A stretch of 64,000 nucleotides of DNA from Octopus sinensis (lineage: Eukaryota). Below, in pieces: positions 61,601 through 64,000 of this stretch; position 1 is the first letter of the stretch, and each line of letters starts with the position of its first letter. Below the pieces are notes generated by a model that worked only from the letters and a program-made list of their open reading frames with translations, did no database searches and was not told where the DNA came from. Location of the stretch: contig NC_042997.1 of NCBI RefSeq assembly GCF_006345805.1, positions 91,574,001 through 91,638,000 on the forward strand. The letters are read 5' to 3'. The position numbers were made by a program, and so were the translations under genes.

Positions 61601-63324
61601 TCCTTTTTTCTAACATTAACACAAAAGCCAGGAATTTTAAGGTTAGGAAAAAGTTAATTTAACATAAGTATATTAGTATAAGTATAGCTATTTTATTTAC
61701 CCTGGAAAAATGAAAAGCAAAGTTGGCCCTAGAAAGAATTGAAATTAGTTAAATAAATAGTGTAAAATATTTAATCCATCACTGCTCTACCATCCCTGCC
61801 ACTATACATTTCTGAACAAAGCCTGGTATGATTTCTTGATCACAAAAAGGATTTATTAGAGTGGTACTCTGTTGACTTTTATAGGTAGAAATGATATATA
61901 AAATTTATAAAGAAGAGGAAAATGTGTTGTGATGTTCATTCTTTTCCAAGGGTAAGCAATATAAATTCTGTGCAAAGCTAGAACCAAGATTTAAAGCTGA
62001 TTATAGAATATTTTACTTTTCAGTAGCAAACTTGTTGATGAAATTTCTACTGTTTTACTTGAGACAACTTTTTAGAGTCAAATTAGTGATGCACTTGAAT
62101 TTTCTCTTGGAGTTGCTTCCCTTTATATTTGTTTCTACAATAATTTCCTGGAAATTTACTTGTCAACCTCTGAAATTGTTAAGCTTTATACTATATAAGT
62201 AACAGTCATAATTCCTATATCATCTATACATCATGTTGATGTTCATATAGCCATGTAATATATATATACTGTAAAAATCCATGTAATTTGCGCACCTGTG
62301 TAATTTACGCAGGAGATTTTCAGGATAAAAATTGTTGAAAAAAAAAAGCTTCTACTCGTGTAAAATTTGTACCCAAAAGTTTTGAGAATTGTTGATATGG
62401 CCAGGGGAAAAAAGTTTTCAATTTAGTTGTATTTAACATAATTTCACTTATTTATGATTAGATTTTATTAAATTTTCATTAAATAAAAATAATTTCTGTT
62501 TAACAGGTATCATATTGAAATCTGTTAAATTATGAAGTGTTTGTGTTGTTTATAATAAACTTTATTTTACATTTCTTGCCCACAAGAGATTATGTCTGAT
62601 CTTTAGCATACTTCTGTATGTCTTCTCAAATCACAATCACAAGAAAAGTTGTTGATAATTCAGATCTATTCCATCTCATGCACAGATTTTTTAATTGATT
62701 GTTTTTAACTAAACACTTTGAAAGCAAAGATAAAAGATGAAAATAATACTGGGGCATTGTTTTGTACTTGGATGCCCTTCCTGCCAGCAACCATGCCCTT
62801 TTTTCAAGAATGAGACTTTTTTTAGTCAACACATCTTTGAAGGTGTAAAGCTAGTGGACAATTTGCCAGATAAATGACAACAAACTTCACCACTTGTAGC
62901 TAAATAGTTTTCATGAGAAGTATTCCAATTGCTATGGCTAACATGCCTTTGACCATAAATTGCTTTACTCTAAAATACTTACACCCAACTGATTTTCTCT
63001 CCTTAAACTAATGTTTGCTTTGTGTTTCATATTTTATGAGAATTCTGATAGAAGTACCAGACAAGATACTGGGGGAGGTAGATGTATTCAACTAAAAGTC
63101 TGAAGGCACTGCTCCAGCATACCCATAGTCCTATGTTTGAAACTGGTAAAAGAAAGAAGAAAAGAATACCTTAAGTCCTCAAACTGCCACATTGCATTCT
63201 TTATGATATAATGCTGAATGTTCTTAGTGAGCAGTGTGTCCCTCAACTATATGGAAAGAGAGTATCTGGGATATAAGCTCTGAAGATTGCACTTAGTCAC
63301 TTGACTGGTTACTTATGTACCATA

Positions 63325-63500
63325 TACATGTGTGTATGTGTGTGTGTGTATATGTGTGTGTGTATGTATGTATGTATGTATGTATGTATGTATGTATGTG
63401 TGTGTGTATGTGTGTGTGTGTGCGCGCATGCATGCATGCATGTATGTCTTTATATATGTGTTTGTGTGTGTGCATGCATATGTGTGTATCTGTGCTTACA
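63325..63500. repeat. (GT)n/(TATG)n compound microsatellite
   Basis: Direct inspection; similar tracts at 6745-6840, 28650-28750, 49160-49230 and 50515-50650. Confidence 0.9.
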
Positions 63501-64000
63501 TATGCATATATCCCAAACTCACTCAGCTACAGTTAGCAGCATTGCTGTCAACAGGTCATCAGCAATGACAGCAATGAGTAGAGAACAAGACATTCATCAA
63601 TTTTATAGTACAGAAGTTGCTTCCTAGCAGTGAGCATCCACTACTGCTCACTGCTATAGAATATGCTTTTTTATGTGGTACTTTTAATTCTTATTTACAA
63701 TTACAGTGACTTTAGAATTAAGTTTCTTGATCATAAACATAATGCAATTCAGATGATGAGATGTGAACCATCAATCATTCAGATGACAATCTAATACCCT
63801 ATTAGTTACTGTAGTTTTCACACTATAGCTTAGAAGTAGTGATCTGTTAGTGAGCCCAAATCACTTTTGAGCGTTACTCCACTAAACGTAGCTTGATTAG
63901 ATACTTTGCATGGAAATTGTCAGTCCAATGTTGAGTGTGACCTAAAGTTCCAAGATATAGGATATGTCAAGTTATGATCTGATCTAGAATCATACTGTAC

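Noticed and set aside
62268-62500. Possible pogo/Tigger-like terminus (tactgtaaaaatccatgtaatttgcgcac)
   Set aside because: No matching second TIR was found in the window.
6140-63627. Dozens of 60-170-aa ORFs rich in HT/CV/YI/MY
   Set aside because: They are translations of (CA)n, (TA)n and (TACA)n microsatellites or antisense frames of exons and TEs.
61010-64000. Next DNAH10 exon
   Set aside because: No open frame with dynein-like sequence and splice sites was found; it probably lies beyond the window.

Overview
This is AT-rich, microsatellite-dense animal genomic DNA. Its repeat landscape (tRNA-derived SINEs, RTE LINE tails ending in (GAT)n, Penelope, R4/Dong-like, mariner and Helitron elements) resembles that of coleoid cephalopods, most likely Octopus; the species call is inference. 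The whole window lies inside one + strand gene, an axonemal dynein heavy chain best matching DNAH10. I traced 24 consecutive GT-AG exons (1-201 to 60854-61009, 4178 coding nt) covering AAA3, AAA4, the stalk/microtubule-binding domain, AAA5 and the region leading into AAA6. All intron phases are compatible except for one missing base in the exon at 35148-35328, which gives a premature TGA at 35245-35247 (real frameshift or assembly error). The introns hold a 5'-truncated decayed RTE LINE, a nearly intact R4/Dong-like RLE-type LINE sitting in (AAT)n, a full-length dead mariner with perfect 37-bp TIRs and a 141-bp mariner MITE. They also hold a Tc1/maT fragment, CR1 and Penelope fragments, two non-autonomous Helitrons with canonical termini, two large fold-back elements, many SINEs and a ~134-unit CAG tract abutting an inverted CTG tract. 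I found no rRNA, true tRNA gene, CRISPR array or prokaryotic-type system. I cannot support a wholly new biological system; the best leads are the DNAH10 frameshift, the fold-back elements, microsatellite-targeted TE nesting and the template-switch structure at 38.3-38.9 kb.
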